Positions 12,675-24,890 of a stretch of DNA of 64,000 bases are shown here, piece after piece. The notes beneath the pieces are model-generated. The model did not search any database. It saw only the letters and a list, made by a program, of their open reading frames with translations, and had not been told where the DNA came from. Source of the stretch: Lama glama. Taxonomy: Eukaryota. The translations under genes and the position numbers were made by a program. Position 1 is the stretch's first letter; each line of letters begins with the position of its first letter. The stretch spans positions 27,964,001 to 28,028,000 of the forward strand of contig CM052816.1 in assembly GCA_028534125.1 (NCBI GenBank). The letters run 5' to 3'.

Positions 12675-13189
12675 AAATGGAAGAGAGTAAACAGCTAATA
12701 TCACTGAGATACAAAAAGTCTTAAGAAAATACTATGAACAATTAAATGCCAACAATCTGAACAACTTGGAAGAAATGGACACATTTCTAGCAACACATGA
12801 CTTGCCAAGACTGAATGGAAACGAAATAGATAATCTGAACCGACAAATCACTAGTAGTAAAATTGAATTTTTAATATAAAAGAATCCCAGCCAACAAAAG
12901 TCCAGGAACAGATGTCTTCACAGGATAATTCTACAAAACATATAAACAGCTGATTCCTATCTTATTTAAACTATTCCAGAAACATTGAAAAAGGGGGAAC
13001 ATTCCCAAATTCATTCTACAAGTCCAATGTTACTCTGATATCAAAACCACACAAAGACATTATCAAAAAAAATTACAGGCCATAAATATAGATAAATATA
13101 GACTCAAAAACCCTCTATAAAATATTAGCAAACAGAATCCAACAATATATAAAAAGGTTTATACACCATTATCAGGTTAGATTTATTCC

Positions 13190-13413
13190 AAGGATGCAAG
13201 GGTAACTTAATATTTGCACATACACCACATTAAAGAAAAGAAAGGCTAATAATCACATGATCATCTCAACAAATACAGAAAAAGCATTTAACGAAATTCA
13301 AAAGGATGCAAGGCTAACTTAATATTTGCACATACACCACATTAAAGAAAAGAAAGGCTAATAATCACATGATCATCTCAACAAATACAGAAAAAGCATT
13401 TAACGAAATTCAA
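13190..13413. repeat. Tandem duplication, 2 x 112 bp, inside L1 ORF2
   Basis: 13190-13301 and 13302-13413 are identical except GGGT versus GGCT. Confidence 0.95.
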
Positions 13414-14571
13414 CATTCACTCTTCTCATTAAAGTTAGTATAGAGAGAATATTTATTTCAACATAATAAACACCATTTATAACAAAACCATAGCTAACAT
13501 TATACTCAATGGTAAAAAGAGGAAAGCTTTTCCTCTAAAATCAGAAACAAGACAAGGATGTGATTCTCCCCACTTCTATTGAACATAGTATTAGAAGCTC
13601 TTAGCTACAGCAATCAGAGAAAACAAAGAAACAAAAGGCACTCAAATGGGAAGGGAAGTAAAACTATCACTATCTGAAGATATTATATTATATACAGAAA
13701 ACTCTAAAGTCTCCTCCAAAAAAACTTTTAGAACTAATAAATGCATTCCATTCAATAAAGTTGCAAGATTAACATACAGAAAACTTTTCTATACACTAAT
13801 AATGAACTACTGGAAAGAGAAAACAAGGAAACAATCTCATTTACAACAAAAAAATAAAATAACTAGAATAAACTTAACCAAGTTGATGAAAGACCTACAT
13901 TCTGAAAATTATTAAACAATGCTGAAGGAAACTGAAGATAATGCAAAGGAATGGAAAGATATCCTCTGTTCTTGGACTCAAAGAATTAATATTGTTAAAT
14001 TGTCCGAACTATCAAAAGCATTCTACACTATTAATAAAATACCTATCAAATTACCCAAGATACTTTTCACAGAATTAGAACAATACTACTAAAATTTCTA
14101 AGAACCACTAAAGACCCCAAACTGCCAAAGTGATATTAAGAATAAAGAACAAAACTGGAGTTATCATGTTCTCTGACATCAGACTGTACTACAAAGCTAC
14201 AGTCATCCAAGGAGCATGGTTATGGCACAGAAATAGACACAAAAATCAATGGACTAGAATAGACAGCCCAGAAATAAACCCATGCATTCATGGTCAATTA
14301 CTCTAGAATATACAATAGAGAAAAGACAGTTCCTTCAAAAGAAAAACAGTATGGAGATTCTTCAAAAAACTAAAAATAGAACTACCATATGACCCAGCAA
14401 TTCCATTTCTGGGTATATATTGGAAGAAAACAAAAATTCTATTTCAATAAGATAAATGCACTTCAATGTTCAAAGCAGCATTATTTACAATAACCAAGAT
14501 ATGGAAGCAACCTAAGTGTTTATCAACAAATGAATGTACAAAGAAGATGTGGCATGTATGTATGTGGCATG

Positions 14572-14574
<3 letters not shown>

Positions 14575-14609
<35 letters not shown>
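14575..14609. repeat. (CA)n microsatellite
   Basis: Pure AC run within the L1 3' region. Confidence 0.95.
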
Positions 14610-14611
<2 letters not shown>

Positions 14612-15060
14612 GGAGTGAAAAAAATGAAATTCTGTCATTTGCAATAATGTGGACAGAATTAGAAGGTATTGTGTTTAGTAAAATAAGTCAGACTGAGAAA
14701 GACAAATACTTTATATTATCACTCATATATGAAATCAAAGAGAAAAGACTAATGTATGTGAGAAAACAGACTCTCAGATATAGAAAACAAACCAGTAATT
14801 ACCAGTGGGGAGGGGGAATGGGAGAGGGGCAAAACAGGGGTATGGAATTAAGAGATACAAACAACTATGTATAAACTAAATAAGCAGCAGGATATACTTT
14901 ATATATAAAGCCATTATTTTGTAGTAACTTTAAATGGAACATAATCAATGAAAATATTGAATCACTATGTTACATACCTAAAACTAATATAAAATTGTAA
15001 ATCTATACTTCAATATAAATAAATAAATACATAAATAAATGAATAAATTTTTTAAAAAAG

Positions 15061-16620
15061 GTTTGTAACTTTCAAGCTTAGGGTTTTTTTTTCAAGAGTC
15101 CTTGTGACTTCATCCTCTTGGGATGTGGTGCTTCTATATGCTAAAACTAAGACTCTCTGATGATAAAAGATCATATGTAAAGAAAAGCCAGGCTAACAAG
15201 CAAAGCAGACATTAGACACAGGGATAGGGCCACTCTGGAAAATACAAATTTGAGAGGCCAGATGACTGCACCTTCATGAGTAAATCCAGGCCAAGCTGCT
15301 GACCCATCAGACTAGAAATATAAAATGATTGTTATTTTAAGATATTATTACATTAAGGGACAGTCTGCTATTCAGCAGCAGATACCTAACACAAAGACTG
15401 GTAGTTAGCAGTGTAACAATAACCTAAACTATGTAGCATTGGATCCTGCATCAGGCAGCAGGAAAAGTCCGGTGAGTGGGCTGAAAAAGATGAAGAAATG
15501 ACAAACAGATATTCTGGATACTGCAAAGAAAGCAAGCTATCCTTGGAGCCCCAACACAGGGCAAACTGGGTTATGCAGTGGCAGAAAACATGGGGTATGA
15601 TGAAGTTAGAAAATGTATTTAATGGATTTTTGATCTGGACAAGGAGATAGGCAGCGAGAATGTTGAAAGTGCCAGTTGAGTTCTTCCTGTTGAGTATGAC
15701 AAGATACTGCAAGGGAGAAATAAGTAAAGTAGAAACTATTCAATGTATATCCAGAATTTCTAAGAAATATAGAGGACTCAGGACTGCAGAGCTGGGATAG
15801 GAAAAAACTTTCATCACCTATCTCTCTAGTCTCCAAAGATTTCTCAAATAAATGGTGATAAGGTAAAGGTCACATCAAGACTCTGATTGTAAGAAAATTT
15901 GTTAAAAGAGTTTCAAATGACTCAAGATCTTGCTTACAGACTCCCTTGAAAGAATCTTAACAGTGTTGTAGTCCCACAGCAGCCTACTGCATCCAAAACA
16001 GGGAGATGAGCCTCAGAAATAATTTTGGATGTCACTTGTGAGACAGAGAGATTCATGGAAAAATAAGAATGTGTTTTAAAAGAGTTCTCCTGTCCAAAGC
16101 ACCATTAGCTTGGATAATAAAGACCTGAGACAGTTAAAATGAAAAGTAAGCTCTTAGCTACCAACTTTCTACAGGCAGAGAACAGGTTAAGAAAGTTGCT
16201 TAGTCTAAACATGGGACATTTCTTATGGAAAAGGAGCAAACTCTCAGAGGACTTAGCCAAGAAATGTAAAGAATAATGGTTTAAAGGAAGAACTCCAGGT
16301 AGCAGAATTTGGCCACAGTGAAAGAACACTCCCTGTCATTCAAGTAGGGGGACCTGGACACGTGCTCAGATGGATTTCAGTACTCTTAGGAACTGGGGAC
16401 TGTTAACGTATCTTCTGTTTCTACTCTCTTTGAACACAGTTACAATGTTCTCTCACCACTGTATGTATGGTGGGAAGAGGGGACTGATTGTGGGTAACTT
16501 ACCTTTTTAGTCTTAAGTTCCTGGAATGAAGAAGAACCATGTAAGAGAAGCCACAGCCTAGGCGCTTCTTTCACATCTGGACCAGACACAGTCATAAAAT
16601 CATGGGCTTTGGTACAGATG
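15061..16620 (+). mobile_element. MLT1 LTR 3' part (to ~15393) followed by MLT1 internal sequence
   Basis: LTR end ATAAAATGATTGTTATTTTAAG...GCAGCAGATACCTAACACA, then MLT1-int-like sequence (GTAACAATAACCTAAACTATGTAGCATTGG; GAAAGTGCCAGTTGAGTTCTTC; CACATCTGGACCAGA). Confidence 0.75.
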
Positions 16621-17536
16621 CACGCACATGACCTTCTGAGAAAATACTTTTCAGATAACAGCTTATGAGAGAGAGAGGGAGACAAGATAGGGAATAGGAA
16701 GAGGAAGGGGTGAATCTTAGGTCTTTGGTCTTAGGTCTTTGGAAGTGTAAGTCATGCTACGGAATTGGCACATCTTGAGGCATTCTCTGGAGAAAGGGTC
16801 AATGATTAGCAGCCAGCATGCACGGCAGCTGGGAAATGTGCATTTTTTTTTCCTACAAAAAGGGAATATAAGCAAGGCACACCATGTTCTTAATTTGGAT
16901 TAGAATTTTCCCATTTGTAAAGCTTGTAATAGACATTATATATTAGAGATACCATGTACTAATGATTCTTGTTTTATAACTATATGGTTTAAATACAATT
17001 GTTTACAATCGTTTTATGTCATTTTACAAAATCCGCTGTCCTCTAACTACATATTGTATACACTAATTTTTAAGAAACACTGATTGTGTGCCTAATGTAT
17101 AAGAAACTGCCATGTTTTGAAAATGCAAAGCTGAATTAGACACAGTCCCTGCCAAACAGATGTTTACAGTTTAATACCAGAGACTAACTTGAAAGCACAT
17201 CATTGCAAAAGTATTTTAAATTATCAACAAAAAACTGTTCAGACTGTCAAAAAATTGAGCAAACAAAAGTAGCACTGACCAAAATATCAATATAGCAATG
17301 AAACACATTAGATTTTCAAAACTGCTTCACCAAATGCAAGTCAATCTAGAAGTCAGAAAAGCATGATGAGTAAGGTTGTATTTGCCTGACATACCACAAA
17401 ATCATCCTACTACTACTAATCGATTATGCTCAAAGTTAAATTATGTTTGCTGAACAAATGGTGAAGCAACAATCAAATCAAAGGCTAGTGTCCAGGATTC
17501 AGTGAACATTTTGGAGTAAAATTTGTTAGAATTCAC

Positions 17537-17632
17537 TGTACTAATATTCTATTGCTGTGTAACGAATTACCACGAACTTAGTGACTTAAAACAACATGTA
17601 CGTATTATCCCACAGTTTCCATCAGTCAGGGT
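17537..17632 (-). mobile_element. MLT1 LTR fragment
   Basis: CTATTGCTGTGTAACGAATTACCACGAACTTAGTGACTTAAAACAACA is the classic antisense MLT1 end. Confidence 0.8.
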
Positions 17633-19163
17633 GCCATGACAGAGAGACTCCCTCTGCCTGAAATGTAGAATGTGCTACTACTTTTACCCCGGCTTAGCTA
17701 TCAGACTGTAGAAAAGGGAAGAGATTGGAATGAGATGTGGTAGAAAGCTATGGGTGTGGCAAATGATTGCAGACACTGTTGGTTTATATAGTTTTATAAA
17801 ACAAAGCGCATACATATCTGGCATCCTCCGTAAAGCTGATTTCCTACAATAGAGGTTCTGGACTACATGGGAAAAGAACACAGAATCATAGGGGTTAACG
17901 TTATACAGGTTTGAGTTAGGGAACTTAGAAATTTCTAGAATATTTTGATCCTGTATTTCTGAATTATATATGGCTTCCTGGTAGTAACTCTTGAGTGTTA
18001 GACAGCAGAACATGGTCTGTATATTAAAAATGTTCTGCATCCTCCCACTGTGATGCCCTGTCCTGGGTATGTATTAAAATCTCTTGAGAAATTTGAAAGA
18101 CTTCATGCTTCTAGAAATTATTTGATGCAGCCACAGCTCTTTATATTTGAAATGTCTTAAAAGGAGTGACCTGTTTTGCTGTCTTATATTGACTTATTTT
18201 ATGCTCTACTCTAAAAAGTCACCTGCATGTAAATTTTAACTTCTTTAGTATTCATCATACATTAACTATCATCCCTGTCCTATCTTAGGAACACTTCTGA
18301 AGTGACCTTAAAATAAAGTGCTGATAATACTAATGGAGTCACTTTGACAGCATTTCCACCCACCCACTTGACTTATTATGAAGACACTGATGAAAATCAA
18401 GATGTAATTATCCAAAGCAGCAAAGTTTGCTGCTGGGATGTCTACACTGTTCGATGATTAATCAGACAAAACTGGTATCAATTATGGAGACAATCATCTT
18501 GTCTCCACAGTTGTGAGAATTGAAGGAGAACATCTTGTTCCTGCAAACACTATGGACAAATGTTCCATAACTATGTCAACTTCACAGACGACAAATTGCT
18601 TCTTAGAGGCAAATACAAAGTTTCATAATTTATAGTCACTTTTAAAATGTTTGTAAAAAGCTCCCGTACTTCTACAGATTTCCTTTTGTGACTGAGTCAA
18701 ATTAACTGTTTTGTCATGTCCAGCATAGCATTTCTGTAAATGTTATCAAAGTACCCAGAAATTACTAGGATTTGCCAGTCTTAAAGTACTTTGGGGCTTA
18801 CAGAAAAAAGATAAAGCATAGGATGAAAGAGCCAGAAAGTTGCAATATTAATGAGTACAATCTCATCTTTGTACAAGAGCATGTAGATTCAACAAGCATA
18901 TAATAGAGACATTCCCCTATTCTTTGTAGATCTTTCTTTCACTATATAGGCTAAAAGTGGATGAAGGTGGAAATGGTTGTCATTATCTATCTTTTTTGGC
19001 CCCTAGAAACGTGCCAGAATACTAAAAGACTACAGCAAATATGATGAGATAAATAAAACCCTATTTATCAATATTTTCTAAGGTTTAAGTATGATTAAAA
19101 TCCTTTGGTGAACCTACTGGTATGACAGTCACAAATTTGGACTCACACAATAAAGTATCTCTC

Positions 19164-19600
19164 AAGACTCGGAGAAGATGGCGGAGTAGAAGGGCGCTCA
19201 CAGCTCACCCTCTCCCACAAATACACAAAGACCCACATCCACAGACCCACTCAGCCAACCAGAGCACCTGCGGAACTCCGACAGAACATCGCCCTCTTCA
19301 AAAGATAAAGACGCCAAAAATCTGGTAGGAGAAAAGGAAAAAAGAAAGAACAAAAGGCAAAGTAGCCCGCGGGACGGGTCCCGCGGGGAGGGAGCGGCAA
19401 AGGAGGACTGGCGCTCGCTCGCTGGGTCTCCCCTCTCCAATTGAGAGGCCAGCGGGACGGAGGGGGAGCCTCCGAGGCTCGGATCTGTACAGAGCAGCGC
19501 TTGTCTGCCAGAACTAAGTTAAACGGGCACAGAGCGTCCCCCCGACACCCAGCCTGAGACGCGGGCCGGCAGCGGCGGGCAGGGCCAGGCTGCACAAGCC
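19164..19600 (+). promoter_or_regulatory. CpG-rich L1 5'UTR internal promoter with YY1-type AAGATGGCGG motif
   Basis: The only CpG-dense stretch in the window. AAGATGGCGG at ~19175 is the canonical YY1 site of L1 5' ends. Confidence 0.7.
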
Positions 19601-20100
19601 NNNNNNNNNNNNNNNNNNNNNNNNNNNNNNNNNNNNNNNNNNNNNNNNNNNNNNNNNNNNNNNNNNNNNNNNNNNNNNNNNNNNNNNNNNNNNNNNNNNN
19701 NNNNNNNNNNNNNNNNNNNNNNNNNNNNNNNNNNNNNNNNNNNNNNNNNNNNNNNNNNNNNNNNNNNNNNNNNNNNNNNNNNNNNNNNNNNNNNNNNNNN
19801 NNNNNNNNNNNNNNNNNNNNNNNNNNNNNNNNNNNNNNNNNNNNNNNNNNNNNNNNNNNNNNNNNNNNNNNNNNNNNNNNNNNNNNNNNNNNNNNNNNNN
19901 NNNNNNNNNNNNNNNNNNNNNNNNNNNNNNNNNNNNNNNNNNNNNNNNNNNNNNNNNNNNNNNNNNNNNNNNNNNNNNNNNNNNNNNNNNNNNNNNNNNN
20001 NNNNNNNNNNNNNNNNNNNNNNNNNNNNNNNNNNNNNNNNNNNNNNNNNNNNNNNNNNNNNNNNNNNNNNNNNNNNNNNNNNNNNNNNNNNNNNNNNNNN
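19601..20100. other. Assembly gap (500 N)
   Basis: Run of N. Confidence 1.
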
Positions 20101-20869
20101 TTGTAGAATAGATAAACAAGATTACACTGTATAGCACAGGGAAATATACACAAAATGTTATGATAAATCACAGAGAAAAAAATGTGACAATGAGTGTGTA
20201 TATGTCCATGAATGACTGAAAAATTGTGCTGAACACTGGAATTTGACACAACATTGTAAAATGATTATAAATCAATAAAAAATGTTAAAAAAAAAACAAT
20301 GAAGTAGCTCTCTTCAGCATTCCCACATGTAGTTCAATTTATGTAACAAATATAGAACAAATGTTCTTAAAACATAAATTTCAGGTGGTGCAAATATACC
20401 TGCACATATGGAACTCAGTCTAGTCTGGTTTCATGATAAATTTTTATGGGCAAATGATGATCTCATTCTAGAATATACGAAACTTTCTTTCAAAAAAAAG
20501 TTAGCTCCTAAACATAAAACGACATTTTAAATATTTTCCTTGTCACAGTTATAGGTCTCAGAAACTATTGGTTAACCATTAGAATAATTACATAAATTAT
20601 AAAAAGTATGATATTGTATTAATTGAAATAATTTAAATAGACAATTTGCTTCCTAATTTTTATAATTAGAAATAATGGCATAATGTTACCCATCTCATTA
20701 TTTGCAATAATCTGTATAGTGAATACATAAACAATGCCTTGAAGACATACGGTATCAGAATTGAAAGGATGCATACTATAGTAAGTTATCTTAGGATTCT
20801 TGTGTTTCTGGCAAAATCTGGTTGAAAAGTTGGAAAAATCCCTTCCAGGAACTAACACCTAAAAACACA

Positions 20870-22890
20870 TTTTGCACCCTACCAACAATGTAGTCTACTT
20901 ATCCTGTACTTTGGCCTGTACTTGGTAATTTTTTTTTTTAGCCATTCTAGCATGTATGTAGGAGGTATATTTATTTTAGTTTTAATTTGCCTTTCCATAA
21001 TGACTAATGATGTTGAGAATCTTTCCATGAGCCCATTTACCATTCAAGTATATTCTTTGGTTAAGTGTTCAAATTTTTGCCCATTTTTATTAGATTGTTT
21101 TATTTACTTTTGAGAGTAGGAGTTTTGCATATAATTTGGATTCAAGTCTTTTGTCAGATATGTGTATGAAAGTACTCTCCCCAAGTACTGGATTGGCTTA
21201 TCATTTTGGTATTTTGCTGATTTCAATCAGCAAAAAGCTTTTACTTTTATTGAAGTCCAATTTATAACTTTTTATCATTTATGATTTTGACTTTCTATTT
21301 TTGTCTGATGCAATGTCACAGAAATTTTTCCCCTATTCTCTCTTTTATAACTTTTCTTTTTCACATTTAGTTTTTTGACCAAATTTGGTTTAATTTTTGC
21401 ATATGGCTATAGAAAGGGCCAAAGTTTATTTATTTGCATTGGATTTTGAAGTGTTCTAACTTCATTTGTTGAAATTGCTATTTTTCTCCATTACATTGCT
21501 TTGGTACCATTCTATTTCTGGACTCTCTATTCTGTTCCACTGATCCATGTGTTTGTCCATATTCCAAAATTAAACTGGCTTACTTATCTGAGCCTTAGAG
21601 TAAATCTTGGAATCTTATAGTGGAGTCTCACAATTTTGATCTTTTCAAAATTATTTTGTCTTTCTTTGCTTTTTCCTTACACATTTTCAAGCCAGATTTT
21701 CAATTTCTACAAAAAAAAATCTTTTCCAGGATTTTGATTTCAAGTACATGGAATATATAGCTAAATTCAGGGAGAACTGAGATCTCAGTAATACTGAATA
21801 CCTCTATACATGAACACAGCACATCTCTTCATATATTGAGATCTTTCATTTCTTTCATCAATGTTTTATGCATTTGAGCACATAAATATTGTATGTATTT
21901 ATTTATTGACCCCTAAGTATTTCATATCTTATAGGCTATTATAATGTATATACACCATTTTTATAATTTCAATTTCCAATTGTTCACTGCTATTATAAAG
22001 AATTATGCATTTTTTTGTAATCTGATGTTATATCCTGCAATTTAAACTTTCTTTTTAAATGAGCTGTATTAACACTAAATTTGGGTACAGTTTTAATCAT
22101 CAAAGCACTGCCAAATTTCTTTCATCCTTAAATAACTCTACAATCCTTGAAGCTTCAGTCTGATTTTTGATGGAAACAAAAATGAAACCATGGGCGACTA
22201 ATTTCTTCAGAAACCACATATTCTACAAAATGTCCTTTCCTATGTGTCTTTCCAGCCTAACAATAGAGTTACTCTGGAAACAAATAATCATCTAATTTCT
22301 CCTTATAGTCTTTGGACATGGTGCACTGCCTTGACGACTCAATTCACTCATCTGTTGTCGTACCTTTACTGGACTGTAGGTTCTTTGGCATTTTCTACAA
22401 AAAGGAGTATGTCATCTACGAATAAAGACAGTTTTGTTTCTTCCTTTACTGTCTGTGATTTTTATATTTTTTTATATCCTTTTCTTGCTTTTTCCTGGTT
22501 AGGCTCTCCAATTAAATGTTGAATAAATCTCTTAAGAACAGATATCCTTGCTTTATTCCTTGTCTTTGCAGGGGAGAGGGTGCTGGGGAAGTTTTTGGCA
22601 TTTCAGCATTGGTTTTTTAAAGTGGATATCCTACGTTGGATTGAGGAGGATAGCTTCCTTCTACCTATACTGAGTTGAGACTTTTTTTAAAATCATGAAT
22701 TACTGTTACATTTTGACTAATGGTCTTTCTGAATGTATTGAGATAATCATCTAACTTCTCCTTTATGGTCTTTTGATACAGTGCATTGTCTTCGTTGATT
22801 TTTAAATGTTGAATCTAACTTGTATTTCTGGAATAAACTTAATTTGGTCATGATACGTTGTTACTTTTAAATATTTCTGGATTCCAGTGT
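20870..22890 (-). mobile_element. Old L1M ORF2 fragment, antisense, interrupted at ~22040-22360
   Basis: Typical antisense L1 text (TTAATTTGCCTTTCCATAATGACTAATGATGTTGAG; CTCTATTCTGTTCCACTGATC; GGAATAAACTTAATTTGGTCATGAT). Confidence 0.85.
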
Positions 22891-22924
22891 AGTCCTACTA
22901 TTTATTTGTGCTTTTTTTTTTTTT

Positions 22925-23270
22925 AACCTTTGCTTTTGGTGGTGTGTCCAAAAAGAAAAATCATTTCCAACACCAATGTTAAGAAGCTTAACTCTTATGT
23001 TTTTTTTTAGTACTTTTACAGTCTCAGGTCTTAAATTTGAATCTTTATCAATTTTGAGTTAATTTTTGTGTACGGTGTATCAGAGGTCCAGTTTCATTCT
23101 TTCGCATGTGAATCTCAGCATTATTTATTGAAGAGACTATCCTTTCCCCGTTGCATATTCTTGGGTCCTTTATCACAAGCTGATTGAACATATATATATA
23201 TGCATGGGTTTACCTTAAAGCTCTCTATTCTGTCCTGTTGATCTATGTATCTGTTTTTATCCAAATGATA
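22925..23270 (-). mobile_element. L1 ORF2 fragment
   Basis: TTTGAGTTAATTTTTGTGTACGGTG; TTTATTGAAGAGACTATCCTTTCCCC. Confidence 0.85.
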
Positions 23271-23549
23271 CATTTTAAATGAATTTACCAGTAACACTTA
23301 AAAAATTAATCCGTAGTTAAAATTTTTCAATAATGAAAAGATGAGGTCTGGATTTTAAAATGAGTGATACAATGTGACTTATATTGTAAATTATCATTGT
23401 CTATTATATAGAGAAGGTCCTGCACTAGGTGGAGTGAGAAGGAGTATAAAAGGTGAGAAACTATGGCATTTATTTGTATGTGACATCATGACCAAGTTCC
23501 GCACAGTGGAGAGAACAGCTGTCAAACTGGAAATTTTTGGAGATAAGGT

Positions 23550-23740
23550 CAATTGGATTTCTTGACAGACTGAGTGTGAAATGTGAGAGAAAGAGTTGCC
23601 AAGGATAAATCCACGATTTTTGGCTTGACTAAAAGGATAGCATTTTTATCACTTGAGATGGAGAATAATGCGGAAAGAGGAGGTTTAGGAGTAATATCAG
23701 GAATCTCTTGGGTTTGAAATGTCTCCTGAACTTTAGGATA
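23550..23740 (-). mobile_element. L2 fragment
   Basis: GAGAGAAAGAGTTGCCAAGGATAAATCCACGATTTTTGGCTTGA...TTTGAAATGTCT. Confidence 0.65.
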
Positions 23741-24569
23741 GAGGGAAATGCTTTAATAAACACATAAAAGCACAGGTAGTAAGTAAGGGAATTGGGAAAT
23801 ACAACTACATTAAAATTAATAATAATAAAGAGAGGAAAATACAAGCCCTGTACAGAAAAGGTTATTTTCAAATACACAAAGGATTGTATTATAAGGAAAT
23901 GTTACTGATTCAGTTCAAAATATTGCTAGCATCTACTGCAATTTACTTATGAGCCCACATGTGATTCCTCAGAGCACTGTTCAATTTAAAAACTGAGGGA
24001 ATTTCCCAGGTATGTTTTCATGTGTTTGTTTCTAGTTTAATGCCATTGTAGTAGAAACAAAATAGGAATTTGGGTAGGTAAATTTTACCACCTTTTTATA
24101 TATATTTTTTATTCTCATTTTGGCTTTAATTATTAAAATTTTCTAAAGAGTAACTGATTAATTCTTAAATTGCTACAGTTAACAAATGCTAGGTGCCAAG
24201 CTGGTAGGTTTACTCAAGTTACAAGTGTGTTTACTTCTTTTACTAACCAATTTCTTAAAAATTGTTTATATTAAAATGTATCATATAAAAGTTATATATA
24301 TATATACACACACAAAGTAAACAAGTTTAAATCTGAAGAATTGAAAGAATATGGAACACATAAATATCTAACAAATATTAAGAAATACAGTATAATCAGT
24401 TCCTTTGAGTTGCCCAATATTCATCTCCTTAACTTAGTTACTTAGGGATATTGTGGAAAGAAGCAAGAGGGATCTTAGTAAAGACATCTTCCCAAAAGAA
24501 GCATTTGTACAGAAAAGTTCTTGTATATTAGAACTTCCCCTCTCTTACTGCATTTAGACAATTTAGATG

Positions 24570-24890
24570 ATCATGTGAACAACCCTGACGTAACTTTCTG
24601 GAAAAATAAAAAGGAACTAACAACAAACAAACAAACAAACAAAACAAAACATGGACAAGATCTCTGGTGCCTCAGGAAATCAATCTCCAAACTTATAAGC
24701 AGGGCTGTCCTTATTCAATTGGCGAAGCAGAAAGCTGGCTGACTACAGATGTTAAGAGCTAGCCAAGCAGATACCAGATACTTTGGCCCATAACAGAAGC
24801 AGCATGTAGCAGTAATTATAAGCAATAATAATGATAAGGTCACTAAGTCTGGGGGTAGTTTGCTATAGAGCAAAAGTTGATTATGCAATG
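24570..24890 (+). mobile_element. MLT1-type LTR remnant
   Basis: CACTAAGTCTGGGGGTAGTTTGCTATAGAGCAAAAG resembles a MaLR LTR 3' end. Confidence 0.5.

Larger units (their letters stand above)
9548..15058 (+). mobile_element. Near full-length decayed L1 with internal deletions in ORF1 and ORF2
   Basis: GATCAAGATGG 5' start, GC-richer 5'UTR to ~10640, ORF1 remnants, ORF2 start at ~11411 (ATG...ATAATTACTTTAAATGTCAATG), endonuclease ATAGTAGGGGACTTTAAT (IVGDFN), 3'UTR and (TAAA)n tail at ~15015-15058. Confidence 0.93.
19164..20295 (+). mobile_element. Young, probably full-length L1; body hidden in assembly gap
   Basis: AAGATGGCGGAGTAGAAGG start and CpG-rich 5'UTR up to the gap. After the gap there is an L1 3'UTR with AATAAA and poly-A. 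TSD ACAATAAAGTATCTCTC (19147-19163) versus ACAATGAAGTAGCTCTC (20296-20312). Confidence 0.9.

Noticed and set aside
4241..13413. Repeat units of 50, 56 and 112 bp as an array or CRISPR-like system (112 = 2 x 56)
   Set aside because: The units are unrelated in sequence, have two copies each and no spacers; the context is mammalian and the length ratio is coincidental.
16716..16742. Small direct repeats (TCTTAGGTCTTTGG x2; similar at 10416-10445 and 31228-31271)
   Set aside because: Ordinary slippage duplications.
19251..20249. Long ORFs of 332 aa and 207 aa
   Set aside because: Artefacts of translating through the N gap; the flanks are antisense L1 UTR.
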